DNA of 64,000 nucleotides from an uncultured Nitrososphaerota archaeon (GCA_963701075.1 OY969559.1:1216001-1280000), one strand, 5' to 3'. Numbered from the stretch's first letter, positions 40,657 to 51,950 are shown. Numbers and translations are program-made. The notes: a model not told the origin generated them from the sequence alone.

Positions 40657-41343
40657 GTGTTTGTGAGGGTTGCAATAATCGTTTTTCCTGGAAGTAATTG
40701 CGATCGCGACATGCATCATGTCCTAACTGATGTCTTCAAGATTGAATCCCAACTTGTGTGGCACACTGATGAGCTACCAAAGAATATAGATGCAATTGTA
40801 TTGCCAGGCGGTTTCTCTTATGGTGACAGGCTCAGAGCCGGAGTGATTGCTGCCCATAGCCCAGTTATTGCAGAAGTAAAGAAGATGGCAGAAAAAGGCA
40901 TGCCAATTTTAGGGGTTTGCAATGGATTTCAAATATTGGTAGAATGCGGCCTTTTACCTGGCGCACTTTTAAAAAACACCTCGCTTCACTACATCTGTAA
41001 ATGGACTGAGATCATTGTTAAAAATAACAAGACACCCTTTACAAATAAACTCAAACTAGGCCAAAGAATTCCAATTGCCATGGCAAATGGCGAAGGGCGC
41101 TATTATGCAGATAAAGAAACGCTTCACTTGTTGAAGAAGAATAATCAAATCGTCTTTACTTATGCAGAAGATGTCAACGGTGCTACAATGAAGATTGCAA
41201 GTATATGTAACAAAGAAGGAAATGTTGTTGGCATGATGCCTCATCCGGAAAGATCAGCCGAGCAAATTCTCAATCCAAAAGATGCAAAACCTGCATCGTT
41301 AATCTTCGAGTCATTATTGAATACTTTGGGTGTTACTGCATGA
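40657..41343 (+). CDS. purQ: FGAM synthase glutaminase subunit
   Basis: FPGSNCD, PGGFSYGD, GVCNGFQ, MMPHPER. Confidence 0.97.
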   Translation: MFVRVAIIVFPGSNCDRDMHHVLTDVFKIESQLVWHTDELPKNIDAIVLPGGFSYGDRLRAGVIAAHSPVIAEVKKMAEKGMPILGVCNGFQILVECGLLPGALLKNTSLHYICKWTEIIVKNNKTPFTNKLKLGQRIPIAMANGEGRYYADKETLHLLKKNNQIVFTYAEDVNGATMKIASICNKEGNVVGMMPHPERSAEQILNPKDAKPASLIFESLLNTLGVTA

Positions 41344-43505
41344 GCCTGACTCCGCAAGAGTCTGACTATCTTGAAAAAAAGATAGGTCGAAAACCAAATC
41401 CTGTTGAGATGCAGATAGTTGCCGCAGAATGGTCTGAACACTGCTCTTACAAGTCATCAAAAAAATACCTGAAAATTCTTCCGCGCAAAGGAGCCAGAGT
41501 CATCTCAGGTCCTGGGTATGATTCTGGCGTTTTAGATGTAGGTGATGGGTATGTTGTCACAGTACACATTGAAAGTCACAACCATCCTTCTGCAGTGGAA
41601 CCATATGGTGGGGCAGCAACTGGAGTAGGCGGAGTAATACGTGATATCCTGTCAGCTGGTACAAGACCAATTGCGATTTTGGACGGGCTTAGGTTTGGTG
41701 ACATAAAAAATGATACTCATGCAAGATGGCTTTTTAAAAATGCCGTTAGGGGAATTGCCGATTATGGAAATTGTTTGGGCATACCAACTGTTGGCGGTGA
41801 AATAGAATTTGACAAATGTTTTACCAATTATGCACTAGTTGATGTTGCCTCGATTGGATTTGGAAAAAAAGAGAGGCTAATACAAAACAGAGCTGACAAG
41901 GGAGATTTTCTAGTACTAGTCGGCGGTTCTACCGGAAGAGATGGCATGGGAGGGTCCCAGTTTGCATCTGACAAGTTAGAGTCTGAGAACCGTTCTGCTG
42001 TACAAATTCCAGACCCGTTCATTGAAAAGCTAGTAATCGAAGTAATCCTAAATGCCAGAAATCAAAACTGCATCAAGGCCATGAAAGATTTGGGAGGTGG
42101 AGGGCTTTCTTGCGCCATCTCGGAAACAGCTGACGCGCTATCGGTTGGTATTGAACTTGATGTATCCATGATTCACAAAAGGGAGCAAAACATGTCGCCT
42201 ACCGAATTGATGGTTTCTGAATCTCAAGAGAGGATGCTTGTGATAACCTCTCCTGAAAAACTTGGAACTCTAAAAGAAATTTGTGAAAAATTCCGCGTAT
42301 CCTATTCTGTTGTAGGTGTGGTAACTGATGGTAATACCATGGAAGTCAAATCTGAAAAACAGACAGTAGCCAAATTGCCAAGCAATGTAGTTGCAAATGC
42401 CCCGCTCCTTGACAGACCGTCAAGTGTGCCAAAATATTTGAAACGTATATCATTAATTAAAAAGCCCGGAACGCCAAAAAACCTATCGTACACACTTCTT
42501 GCGATGCTTTCAAACCCCAACATTGCAAGCAAACATTGGGTATACACACAATACGACCACGAAGTTGGCATTCGTACCGTGATAAAACCTGGAAAAGATG
42601 CCTCTGTTTTAAGACTTGACAATGGCAAATTCCTCTCAATTAAGATAGATGGTAATTCAAAGCACTGTTACGTTGACCCTCGACAGGGAGCGATTGGCTG
42701 TTTTGATGAGGCCTGCCGAAACGTAATCTGCACTGGCGCAACTCCAATAGGAATGGTTGATCATTTGCAATTTGGGAACCCTGAAGATCCTGAAATTTTT
42801 TGGACATTCCAAGAATCAGTGGAAGGAATCACAGAGTATGCCAAATATTTTGAGATTCCATGCGTGGGAGGTAAAGTGAGTCTGTACAACGAGACTGATA
42901 ATGGGCCAATCAAGCCAACTCCATTGATAGGAGTGCTTGGCCTAATAGAGGGCAAGCCATTGATGCCGCAAAAAGTCAAAACAGGTGACTTGATTGTTCT
43001 GGTAGGTATTACAAAGGACGAACTTGGAGGCTCGGAATATTACGAATATGTTCATGATATCATAGGGGGAAGGTGCCCTGCAGTTGATATGAAATCCTCA
43101 AAGGCCAATCAAGGGGCAGTCTTGGAAACAATAAGCCAAGATCTGGTAAAGGTAGTACACGATTGCTCCAAGGGGGGAATCGGAGTAGCGATATCTGAGA
43201 CTTGTATCACAAATGAAATTGGTTGCCATGTTTTTCTAGATAAAATACCGTCGGAGAATCTCAAGTATGATGAACTGCTCTTTTCAGAATCGCATTCCAG
43301 GTTCTTGCTAACAGTTGATCCGTCAAAGATAAAAAAAGTAAAATCCTTGCTTGAAAAAAGGGGGGTCCAAAATGAAATTATAGGAAAATTTGCAGGCCGT
43401 AGTATTACATTTAAGGACAAAACCAAGTTGGTTGCAAGTGTAATGGTTGATAAGGCACAAGAAAAATGGTTAAACTCGTTGGGGTCATTGGTCAATCATG
43501 GTTAA
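41340..43505 (+). CDS. purL: FGAM synthase subunit PurL
   Basis: WSEHCSYKS, ESHNHPS, DLGGGG, SESQER. Confidence 0.97.
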   Translation: MSLTPQESDYLEKKIGRKPNPVEMQIVAAEWSEHCSYKSSKKYLKILPRKGARVISGPGYDSGVLDVGDGYVVTVHIESHNHPSAVEPYGGAATGVGGVIRDILSAGTRPIAILDGLRFGDIKNDTHARWLFKNAVRGIADYGNCLGIPTVGGEIEFDKCFTNYALVDVASIGFGKKERLIQNRADKGDFLVLVGGSTGRDGMGGSQFASDKLESENRSAVQIPDPFIEKLVIEVILNARNQNCIKAMKDLGGGGLSCAISETADALSVGIELDVSMIHKREQNMSPTELMVSESQERMLVITSPEKLGTLKEICEKFRVSYSVVGVVTDGNTMEVKSEKQTVAKLPSNVVANAPLLDRPSSVPKYLKRISLIKKPGTPKNLSYTLLAMLSNPNIASKHWVYTQYDHEVGIRTVIKPGKDASVLRLDNGKFLSIKIDGNSKHCYVDPRQGAIGCFDEACRNVICTGATPIGMVDHLQFGNPEDPEIFWTFQESVEGITEYAKYFEIPCVGGKVSLYNETDNGPIKPTPLIGVLGLIEGKPLMPQKVKTGDLIVLVGITKDELGGSEYYEYVHDIIGGRCPAVDMKSSKANQGAVLETISQDLVKVVHDCSKGGIGVAISETCITNEIGCHVFLDKIPSENLKYDELLFSESHSRFLLTVDPSKIKKVKSLLEKRGVQNEIIGKFAGRSITFKDKTKLVASVMVDKAQEKWLNSLGSLVNHG

Positions 43506-44934
43506 AGAAAACTGTGGCGTAGTAGGAATTTTTAGCTTGGATGGCGCAAATGTCATACCGATGGTTATTGATGCATTGCGTGCTCTCCAACATCGAGGCC
43601 AAGAGGCATGGGGTATTGCAGTTCCAAAAAAACAACCACACAAACAGCTTGGCCTTGTATCATCTGCAGTATCAGACTTTGATAAAATCACTCGAGATTA
43701 TGCTTCGCCTGCAGCCATAGGACATGTTAGATATTCTACAATAGGCAAAAGTAACTTGGAAAACGCCCAACCACTAAAAGTAAAGGACTTGTGCATTGCC
43801 CATAATGGAACCATCTCAAATGTTGAAGAGTTGGCAGGCATGGTGGGAGGATGTACATTTACGCCGCAAAATGCAAGTGATACGCTTGTTGCTGCACAAC
43901 GACTAGTATCGCTCATGTCTGAAAATGGAAAACTAGGTAGCGCCCTCTCAATTTTGAAAAATGAGATGGTGGGCTCATTTTGTTTTACTTTTGTTTCAGA
44001 TGATAACGCTGTATATGCAGCGCGTGATCCTAGGGGATTTAGACCCATGGTTATAGGATATAGAAAAGATAACAATTCTTACATCGTAGCATCAGAGTCT
44101 GTGGCACTTTCTGCGGTGGGTGCTCAGCTTGTAAGGGATGTAAAACCTGGCGAGCTTGTAAAAATCAGCAACTCAGGACTGGAGTACGAGATGTTCTCTG
44201 AAGAAAAAAAACCGGCTCATTGTTCTTTTGAGTTTACCTATTTTGCACATCCATCAAGTGTCATGGAGAGCTCAAACATCTACATAGTCAGAAAAAGAAT
44301 TGGGCAATTTTTAGCAAGAAAATATCCAATCAAGGATGCAGATATTGTTGTTCCAGTTCCTGACTCTGCAAGGCCTGCCGCACTAGGTTATGCACAAGAG
44401 CTAGGAATTCCATTTGAAGAGGGATTGCTCAAGGATAGGTATAGCAGAAAAGGACCACTGCGCAGTTTCATTGAACCGCATCAAAGTGACAGAGTTGAAA
44501 TTAATCGTTGGATTATTCCTATCACTCAAGTAATTAGCGGCAAACATGTTGTAGTAGTTGATGATAGTCTTGTAAGGGGTACAAGCTCAAAGGCAATCAT
44601 CAAGGCACTGCGAAGAGCAGGTGCAAGAAAGATTAGCATGGTTATCACTTTTCCCCAGATAAAATATCCTTGTTATGCAGGAATTGATTTTCCCTCACAA
44701 GATGAACTGGTCACATTTATGGGCGATGGAAAAAATTACACCGAAGACGAAATCACAGAAAAAGTCAGGCAGTGAATTGGCGCAGATTTTCTTGGCTACA
44801 ATGACTCTCAGAATCTTGCAAATGCTGTAGGGATGGATTACAATTCGATGTGTTTTACATGCTATTCAGGTGATTATTCTACTCTTGGGATAAAACCCAC
44901 ATTTAAGAGCAGAGCGGAAACAAAAGGGGAATAG
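43498..44934 (+). CDS. purF: Amidophosphoribosyltransferase with an in-frame TGA at 44773-44775
   Basis: N-terminal CG, QHRGQ, GHVRYST, VDDSLVRG; frame continues past TGA as IGADFLGYN...CFTC to TAG 44934. Confidence 0.93.
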
Positions 44935-44936
44935 AG

Positions 44937-45197
44937 TTGGAGTTAGCATTTGTTCTTGTAAAAAGCAAGATGGGACATGAAATGGATGTGTTAAGTGAAA
45001 TCTTAAAAATTGATGGAGTAAAGGAAGTAACTGGCACCTATGGGCAATATGACATTTTTGTAAAGGTTCAGGCTTCAACCAAGGCACAAATTGACAAAAT
45101 AATCACAAAAGAAATCCGTAAAGTGCACAATGTCATTTCAACAACCACTCTGCCCGTGATCCTAGGTCAGGGCGATGACCATTCATCCAAAAGATAA
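44937..45197 (+). CDS. Stand-alone Lrp/AsnC ligand-binding domain protein
   Basis: AFVLV...GTYGQYDI...IRKV..V.ST.TL. Confidence 0.88.
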   Translation: MELAFVLVKSKMGHEMDVLSEILKIDGVKEVTGTYGQYDIFVKVQASTKAQIDKIITKEIRKVHNVISTTTLPVILGQGDDHSSKR

Positions 45198-45292
45198 GGC
45201 ATACTCTAACCCCGCGCCCGATGATCTACTTGCACAAGAAATGGGTCAAAAAATATATCAGTTTAAATCCAAGTCAGTTCAATGACGCCTGA

Positions 45293-46120
45293 TTGAGGTT
45301 TTTACGCTCAGGCAAGGTCAAAGACATATACGAACTAGATGACAAGCACATTCTATTTCATTTTACTGACCGAGTTTCTGCATTTGACGTAAAGTTTCCT
45401 ACCCCCATACCGCGAAAGGGTGAAGTGCTTTGCAAGTTTGCCGAGTTTTGGTTTGAAAAATTGCCAACCCCGAATCATTATGTCAAAACAGAGGCAAAGG
45501 ACAAGATGGTAGTTAAAAAAATGGATATTATTCCAATTGAATGTGTTGTTCGCGGATATTTCTATGGTAGTCTGGTCCAAAGGTGGAAAGAAGGCCAAGT
45601 GAAAATTCCAGAGGGTACCAATACCCAAATTGCAGCAAAGTTTCCAAGACCAATATTTGATCCCACCACAAAATCTGAAACCCATGACATCCCAATAACT
45701 AGAGACGATGCATTGGCCAAAAATCTTGCAAGTCCTGCCGAATATGATTGGTTAGAAAAGACATCGCTTGGGATTTACCAAAAAATGTCAGAAATAGCAG
45801 AAAAGGCGGGATTCATACTGGCAGATCTAAAACTAGAGTTTGGAAAGATAGGAGGCGAGATTATTTTAGGAGATTCTATTGGTCCTGATGAATACAGAAT
45901 GTGGCCACAAGAATCGTATCAAGTGGGAAAGATACAAGAAAGCTACGACAAGCAACTATTGCGTGACTGGCTTGCAGCTCGTGGCCTGCAAAAAAAATTC
46001 GAAGACGAGAGAAAGCAGGGGCTAGTGCCTGTTGCACCAGAGCTTCCACAAGACCTGTGCAACGAAATGTCTTCTAGATACATAACTTCATACGCGCGCA
46101 TTACTGGAACTCGTCTTTAA
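45293..46120 (+). CDS. purC: SAICAR synthase
   Basis: SGKVKDIY, DRVSAFD, ECVVRGY, DLKLEFG, DKQLLRDW. Confidence 0.96.
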   Translation: MRFLRSGKVKDIYELDDKHILFHFTDRVSAFDVKFPTPIPRKGEVLCKFAEFWFEKLPTPNHYVKTEAKDKMVVKKMDIIPIECVVRGYFYGSLVQRWKEGQVKIPEGTNTQIAAKFPRPIFDPTTKSETHDIPITRDDALAKNLASPAEYDWLEKTSLGIYQKMSEIAEKAGFILADLKLEFGKIGGEIILGDSIGPDEYRMWPQESYQVGKIQESYDKQLLRDWLAARGLQKKFEDERKQGLVPVAPELPQDLCNEMSSRYITSYARITGTRL

Positions 46121-46434
46121 CTCGAATTTTGTTTTAGGGGCTGACACAAATCTTGCCCATCTGTGCCTTATTTTCTACCCTTAGAGAATCTTTTTCCCAA
46201 AAACACAAAAATTTTCCAATTCTGGTTTTATGGTAACGTTACTATGCATATAGTAATGATGGTATATACATCATAATAGTGCAAGTAGTATCATTATAGA
46301 ATCATCTATATCATATCATAAAGAAAAAATTAGAATCTTTTTCACAATGGTTGTAACGTGAAAAAAAATCACGTAATGGACAAAAAAATATGATCTTGGG
46401 ATCTTTTAGGTTGTATTAAAACTGAAATTAGGAA

Positions 46435-46968
46435 ATGTCAACTCTACTGCAAAAAGAAATCAAAATAAACAAAATTCTTGCCACAAGCGCTTCACAAGCC
46501 AAAGCACTTGATGATGATGCCAGGGTCAGGATTCTGCAAATACTGTACCACAAGCAACTAACTACAGATCAGATTGTAGTAGAATTGCACAAAGAAGGAT
46601 GCAAAAAAGCAACCACTACAATAAGGCATCACTTGGATGTCCTAAAAGACGCCGGGCTTGTTGAAATTGTCAAGATGGAAGAGGTTCGCGGCGCAGTTTT
46701 GAAATACTATGGAACGTCGGTAAGAGTTTTGGGACACAAACTTCCACCAAATTTTGAAAATGACTTTTCTAAAACAATCGTCGATGCATCTGTCAAACTG
46801 GAAAAAGTAATTAAAAACATAGCCCAGACGGCAGGCTCTAAAATGAAGAAAAAAAGTAACGCAAAAAATAATTCAGAGCCAAATTACGAAGAATATCTTT
46901 TGGTAGAAATTGTAAACCGGGCAATGGCAAAAGTGTTTGAAGAAAACGGCTCAATGATTCAAAAATAG
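46435..46968 (+). CDS. ArsR-like winged-helix transcriptional regulator
   Basis: KALDDDARVRIL...TTIRHHLDVLKDAGLV. Confidence 0.9.
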   Translation: MSTLLQKEIKINKILATSASQAKALDDDARVRILQILYHKQLTTDQIVVELHKEGCKKATTTIRHHLDVLKDAGLVEIVKMEEVRGAVLKYYGTSVRVLGHKLPPNFENDFSKTIVDASVKLEKVIKNIAQTAGSKMKKKSNAKNNSEPNYEEYLLVEIVNRAMAKVFEENGSMIQK

Positions 46969-46969
46969 A

Positions 46970-47386
46970 TTAGGTAACTTCTATTGCAAAGATCCCTCTA
47001 GTTTCGGGATTCTGTAGTGCCTTTATCATTTGTCTTGGTATGTCATCTGATGCTGCATCACAATTGGTGGCCATGGTTCTGGGGCAAGTAAAAGCGCTTT
47101 TTCTGATTACTATGTCATGAGGGTTTGTCAGAGTCAGCTTGTCGCTTCCTCTGCCTTTTACTTTGAATGAAAAGTCCTTTACGATAATTGCACAGTCAAC
47201 ACTAGATTTTGAATTTTGCAAAAGCATTTTCATTTTCTCTGGCAAGTCGCGGCATCCCGAACTTGCCCCCACTCCGACTATGCAATCTCCATTTACCGTA
47301 AGATGTGACTCTGTTGTTATCTCAATTGTTTTTGGATGAAGTGATCTTATGTTTTCATGACCATGGAAAGGGATCTCAAAACGCAT
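46970..47386 (-). CDS. DUF371 protein
   Basis: GHENI.S.H..TIEIT...LT..GDCIVGV. Confidence 0.9.
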   Translation of the reverse strand: MRFEIPFHGHENIRSLHPKTIEITTESHLTVNGDCIVGVGASSGCRDLPEKMKMLLQNSKSSVDCAIIVKDFSFKVKGRGSDKLTLTNPHDIVIRKSAFTCPRTMATNCDAASDDIPRQMIKALQNPETRGIFAIEVT

Positions 47387-47438
47387 GGTTTCCTACTTGT
47401 ATAAACTTAAATTAAACCTTCAAAGGTAGAATTTTGAA

Positions 47439-48179
47439 ATGCTTCCAGCAGCAGCAGGTTATGATAGAGCAATTACTGTATTTTCTCCCGATGGCAGACT
47501 TTACCAAGTAGAATATGCTATTGAAACTGTACGAAGAGGAACTCTTGCAATAGGCGTCAAAAGCAAAGATGGACTCATCATAGCTGTTGAAGAAAAACCA
47601 AGAAAATTACAAAACTCAGATGTTACCCAAAAAATATTCCAAGTCGATGATCACATAGGTGTAGCAGCGGCAGGATACATCCCGGACGCAAGATCTCAAG
47701 TAGATAACGCTAGATTCTTTTCACAAAGCAACAGGATGATCTATGACGAACCAATCGAGGTAGAGTCTGTTGCAAAACACTTGGCTGATCAGTGCCAACA
47801 ATTTACCCAGTATGCAGGAGTAAGACCATTTGGCGTTGCGTTGATAATTGCAGGAATTGACAAAAGTGGAAGCACTATATTTCTCACTGATCCAAGTGGT
47901 ACTTACATTTCATATGAAGCTGTTGCAATAGGTGCAGGCTCAGACCAAGTAACAGAATATCTTGAAAAATACTACAAAAAAGACATGTCATTTGAAGATG
48001 CGGCGGCAATTGCAATCGAATCAATATATCTTGTAAGTGAAGACAAGGAAGGAACAAAGCATATCAAGATGGCCCATATACTAAATGACGCCAAGATCAT
48101 GATCAAAACCCCCGAAAAAGATATTGAAAAATATGCTGCTAAAGCCAAAGAGAACTTTGCCAAAAGACAGCAAAAGTAA
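47439..48179 (+). CDS. psmA: Proteasome subunit alpha
   Basis: YDRAITVFSPDGRLYQVEYA. Confidence 0.98.
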   Translation: MLPAAAGYDRAITVFSPDGRLYQVEYAIETVRRGTLAIGVKSKDGLIIAVEEKPRKLQNSDVTQKIFQVDDHIGVAAAGYIPDARSQVDNARFFSQSNRMIYDEPIEVESVAKHLADQCQQFTQYAGVRPFGVALIIAGIDKSGSTIFLTDPSGTYISYEAVAIGAGSDQVTEYLEKYYKKDMSFEDAAAIAIESIYLVSEDKEGTKHIKMAHILNDAKIMIKTPEKDIEKYAAKAKENFAKRQQK

Positions 48180-48218
48180 CATCTAGCATTTTATAGCACA
48201 ACAAAGTTATTTGCAATA

Positions 48219-49034
48219 TTGAAGATCTCAATAGCTATTCCTGATTCAACACTAATGGAAGAACCGTCTCCTCTGGGACAAGCATTAAAAATCTCTGATA
48301 TTGGACGCGCATGTTCTGTGTTTAAGGTAAACACAATCTATCTGTACCACGAGGCAGATGGTAGGGATCGTGACCGATCACTTATGCGCACCACACTGCG
48401 CTATCTTGAGACTCCTCAGTACCTGCGCAGAACAATGTATAGAAAAACAGAAGAGCTCAGATTTGCAGGAAGCCTAAGTCCACTTAAAATTCCATCCCAC
48501 GTGCAAACACCAGATCCAAACAAGGTTAAACCAGGTGATGTCCGCGATGGAGTTGTTGTCTTTGCTAGGGGACAAAAATATGTAGACGTAGGATTTGACA
48601 AGTTCATTCCATATCATGGTCCTGAAGAAGAAGGAAAAAGAATCACTGTCCAATTCAAAGAAGGCTTTCCAAATCTTTCAATAAAACAGATCAGGCGTGA
48701 TGAGATCAAGCAGTATTGGGGCTATGAAGTCAAAGAAGCATCAAGTCTGAGCAGTGTTCTTTCCAATTGGAATTCTTTTGTCATATTTACATCAAGAAAG
48801 GGCAAACTCATCCATAAAACACAAAAATACTTTCAAGAGATCTCAGACTCTGAAGTTTTGGTAGTGTTTGGCTCTCCAAAAAGAGGAGTTCACGAGATTC
48901 TAGGTAGAGCTTTGGGAAATGTGCCAAAATCGCAGATCCTAAACTTTTTTCCAGATCAAGCTACTGAAACAGTCCGACTCGAAGAAGCAATACTTGGAAC
49001 ACTTGCGATCTTGAACATACTGACACGTAACTAG
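48219..49034 (+). CDS. SPOUT RNA methyltransferase (DUF171 family)
   Basis: YLETPQYLR, VVFGSP, QATETVRLEEA. Confidence 0.92.
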   Translation: MKISIAIPDSTLMEEPSPLGQALKISDIGRACSVFKVNTIYLYHEADGRDRDRSLMRTTLRYLETPQYLRRTMYRKTEELRFAGSLSPLKIPSHVQTPDPNKVKPGDVRDGVVVFARGQKYVDVGFDKFIPYHGPEEEGKRITVQFKEGFPNLSIKQIRRDEIKQYWGYEVKEASSLSSVLSNWNSFVIFTSRKGKLIHKTQKYFQEISDSEVLVVFGSPKRGVHEILGRALGNVPKSQILNFFPDQATETVRLEEAILGTLAILNILTRN

Positions 49035-49060
49035 TTTAATATTAAATGGTATAATGGTAC

Positions 49061-49162
49061 ATGTTGGAGAAGAAATTTTTTGCATATGCAATTATGGCGG
49101 GAATTGCATGTGTTATCATTGGAAGTATAGTTATTGCAATCAATCTTATGCATTTTTTATAA
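49061..49162 (+). CDS. Tiny membrane peptide (33 aa, not in ORF track)
   Basis: MLEKKFFAYAIMAGIACVIIGSIVIAINLMHFL. Confidence 0.45.
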   Translation: MLEKKFFAYAIMAGIACVIIGSIVIAINLMHFL

Positions 49163-49216
49163 AAACTTAAAGTTTTACAAAAAAATAATGGCAAGCCGTA
49201 TTTTATGATATATCAG

Positions 49217-50090
49217 CAACTCATCCTAAAACCCTCCAATACATCATTATTCCAGTAATGTTAAGAAATGCCAGATAATTTTCTGCAATTCTCTCATATC
49301 TGATTCTAATTCTGTGGAATCCACATTTGAGCCATGCAAAGAATCTCTCCACCACGTATCTTGTCCTGTTGTAATTACTCTGACTTTTCTTATTGTTGTT
49401 ATTTTTGAAATTTCTGGATGGAATGCAGTCCCTGATGTTTCTATTCTTTAGATACTCTCTAATCTTTTTTGCATCATAACCCTTGTCTGCATATACAGCT
49501 ACGATCTGTTCTATGGAATCATCATCAAGATATTCAGAGATGTTTTCCATCACATCGATGAGCTTTGTTGAATCATGCTCATTTGCAGGACCAATAATTA
49601 TTGATACTGGAAGTGAATTGCAATCTACTGCAACATGTATTTTCGTGCCTGATATTCTTTTGAATCCGTCGTATCCTGTCACATCTCCCCTTTTTTGGCT
49701 GCAACAGTTGACGAATCAACCGATACCTTTTGCAGCTGTATCTTCCCTGAATGGTGTGCTGATTTTATTGCATCAGATAAGATATTTTGCCAGATTCCTT
49801 TTTGCTGCCATTTCTGCAATCTGAGATGAGCAGTTGATTTTGAGCCGTATCTTTTTGGCATCTCCTCCCACCTGCAGCCGGTAACCAGAATAAACATGAT
49901 TCCATTTATTGTGGTACGGTCATCACACCTTGGTCTGCCTGTTCTGGCAGGCGATGGAAGGTGTTTTTGTATTGTTTCCCATTGTTTGTCTGAGATTTCT
50001 TGGAATTTCATGGAATCAGTGTGATTATTCCATCTGATAGATCCAGTGATCGTCAAAAATTTACTAAATGATCAGTTTTAGGATGAGTTG
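49217..50090 (-). mobile_element. IS5-family insertion sequence, copy 1 (874 bp)
   Basis: 16-bp TIR CAACTCATCCTAAAAC, 3-bp TSD CAG, two overlapping transposase ORFs. Confidence 0.95.
49221..50056 (-). CDS. IS5-family transposase, orfA plus orfB joined by a probable -1 frameshift
   Basis: TGCRWEEMP, VDSS; ADKGYD, RYVVERFFAWL; AAAAAAGGGG at the junction. Confidence 0.9.
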
Positions 50091-50145
50091 CAGATAACTT
50101 AGTGCCTAGACTTATAATGGGGTACTCGACTTTTAGCGTTTATCA

Positions 50146-51138
50146 ATGGGCCATAGGAAGCATAGCCAGCCAAGGAGGGGAAGCCTTGCCTATTTGCCAA
50201 GGTCTCGAGCGAAAAGCATGGAAGCAAGAATACGCACTTGGCCTAAGATCCAAGATGAACAGCCAAAGTTGCTGGGATATGCTGGATTCAAGGCAGCATG
50301 CATGCGTATTGCAAGTGTAGATGATAGAGAAAAGACCCCAAATTTTGGCAAACAACTTGTCAGCCTTGGAACCGTCGTTGTTACACCGCCCATGATAATT
50401 ATCGGAATTAGAGGATATTCAAAGGATAGATACGGACTAGATTCACTTTTTGACATTTATGCAAAAGACCTGCCAAAGGAATTATCAAGACTATTCAAAA
50501 CAAAGTATGACGAAAAAGGTGTTGAAAAGGCAGAAAAATCACTCAAACACATTCACGATCTTTTCGCCATTACATCTGTACTGCCAAGCCGAGCCGGACT
50601 AGAACAAAAAAAGCCATTTGTGTTTGAGGTTGCAGTTAAAGGCGGAGACATTCAAAAACAATTTGCGTTTCTAAAAGAACTTTTGGGAAAAGAAGTCAAA
50701 ATTGATCAAGTTTTTCAAAAAGGTGCAGATGTTGATGTTGCAGCAATAACAAAAGGAAAAGGATTTGAAGGTCCAATTGCAAGATGGGGAGTCAAAAAGA
50801 AACAACACAAGTCAAGAAAAAGTGTAAGAGCACTTGGTACTCTAGGTCCTATCAGTCCTTCAACTATCATGTATACTGTCCCAAGAGCTGGACAAAAAGG
50901 ATTCCATCAAAGAACACAATACAATAACAGAATCATGATAATGAGCAATTCCGAAAATGATGAATACAAAATTAATCCTTCAGGTGGCTTCAAACATTTT
51001 GGTGTAGTGCAAGGTGACTATGTTATTTTGCGCGGTTCAATTCCAGGAACTTACCGAAGACTGGTAAAACTTCGCGCACCGGAAAGACATAGAGTATCAA
51101 AGGTCTCTCTACCAAAAGTTTTGGAGATAATGATATGA
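50146..51138 (+). CDS. rpl3: 50S ribosomal protein L3
   Basis: PRRGSLAYLPR, TKGKGFEG. Confidence 0.98.
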   Translation: MGHRKHSQPRRGSLAYLPRSRAKSMEARIRTWPKIQDEQPKLLGYAGFKAACMRIASVDDREKTPNFGKQLVSLGTVVVTPPMIIIGIRGYSKDRYGLDSLFDIYAKDLPKELSRLFKTKYDEKGVEKAEKSLKHIHDLFAITSVLPSRAGLEQKKPFVFEVAVKGGDIQKQFAFLKELLGKEVKIDQVFQKGADVDVAAITKGKGFEGPIARWGVKKKQHKSRKSVRALGTLGPISPSTIMYTVPRAGQKGFHQRTQYNNRIMIMSNSENDEYKINPSGGFKHFGVVQGDYVILRGSIPGTYRRLVKLRAPERHRVSKVSLPKVLEIMI

Positions 51139-51950
51139 AAGGACAAGTTCTTTCCATCTCTGGCGCAAAAGATGGCGAAATAGAATTGCCACCAGTGTTT
51201 TTGACACCGATAAGAAATGATCTTATTCACAGAGCATATGTACATTTAGAATCTCACAGTTTTCAAAGACAAGGCAGATACCCAAACGCTGGTATGGACG
51301 TCGTTGCAGAATCAAATAGCCCGCCAACAGGACATCACGCAGCAAGAGTTGCACGTATGCATGGTGGTGGAGGCGGAAGACAAGGACAAGGTGGTGGTGT
51401 TGCAATGGTGAGAAAAGGTAGACAGGCGCATCCTCCAACCGTTGAAAAAGTCATATACAAATTATTGAACAAAAAAGAAAACAAACTCGCATTGTGTTCT
51501 GCAATTGCAGCGACCTCATCTGCTACGCTCATAAAACTTAGAGGCCACAAGATTGACAAGATTGAATCGTTCCCGATTATAATGTCTGATCAGGTAGAAT
51601 CAGTAACAAAATCAAAAGAACTCTACAAGATCCTCGAATCATTGCACGTCTCACAAGATGTTTCAAGGCTTGAAGACAGACTGAAACGTCGTTCCGGTAA
51701 AACCCGATTGCGTGGCAGAAATACCAAAGTTGGTAAAAGCATCCTATTTGTAGTAAAAGATTCAAAACACCTCTCAAAGGCAGCAGGCTCAATCCCCGGA
51801 GTAGATGTTGTAGAAGCAAGAAATCTAAGTGTCATACACTTGGCACCTGGTGCAAGACCTGCAAGATTGACAGCATTTTCAAAGGGTGCAATAGACGAGC
51901 TTGCCAAACTAAAATCTCCGCATCTTGAATTAATGGTGGCCATGCAATGA
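51135..51950 (+). CDS. rpl4: 50S ribosomal protein L4
   Basis: GRQAHPP, HLAPGARPARL; operon position. Confidence 0.97.
   Translation: MKGQVLSISGAKDGEIELPPVFLTPIRNDLIHRAYVHLESHSFQRQGRYPNAGMDVVAESNSPPTGHHAARVARMHGGGGGRQGQGGGVAMVRKGRQAHPPTVEKVIYKLLNKKENKLALCSAIAATSSATLIKLRGHKIDKIESFPIIMSDQVESVTKSKELYKILESLHVSQDVSRLEDRLKRRSGKTRLRGRNTKVGKSILFVVKDSKHLSKAAGSIPGVDVVEARNLSVIHLAPGARPARLTAFSKGAIDELAKLKSPHLELMVAMQ

Noticed and set aside
44773-44775. Selenocysteine recoding in purF
   Set aside because: Not a conserved Cys position, no SECIS recognised, and other lesions in the window point to sequence error
46230-46330. TATCAT-rich stretch and GTAACGTTAC palindrome upstream of the ArsR-like gene
   Set aside because: Plausibly an ordinary operator, but too short and AT-rich to support
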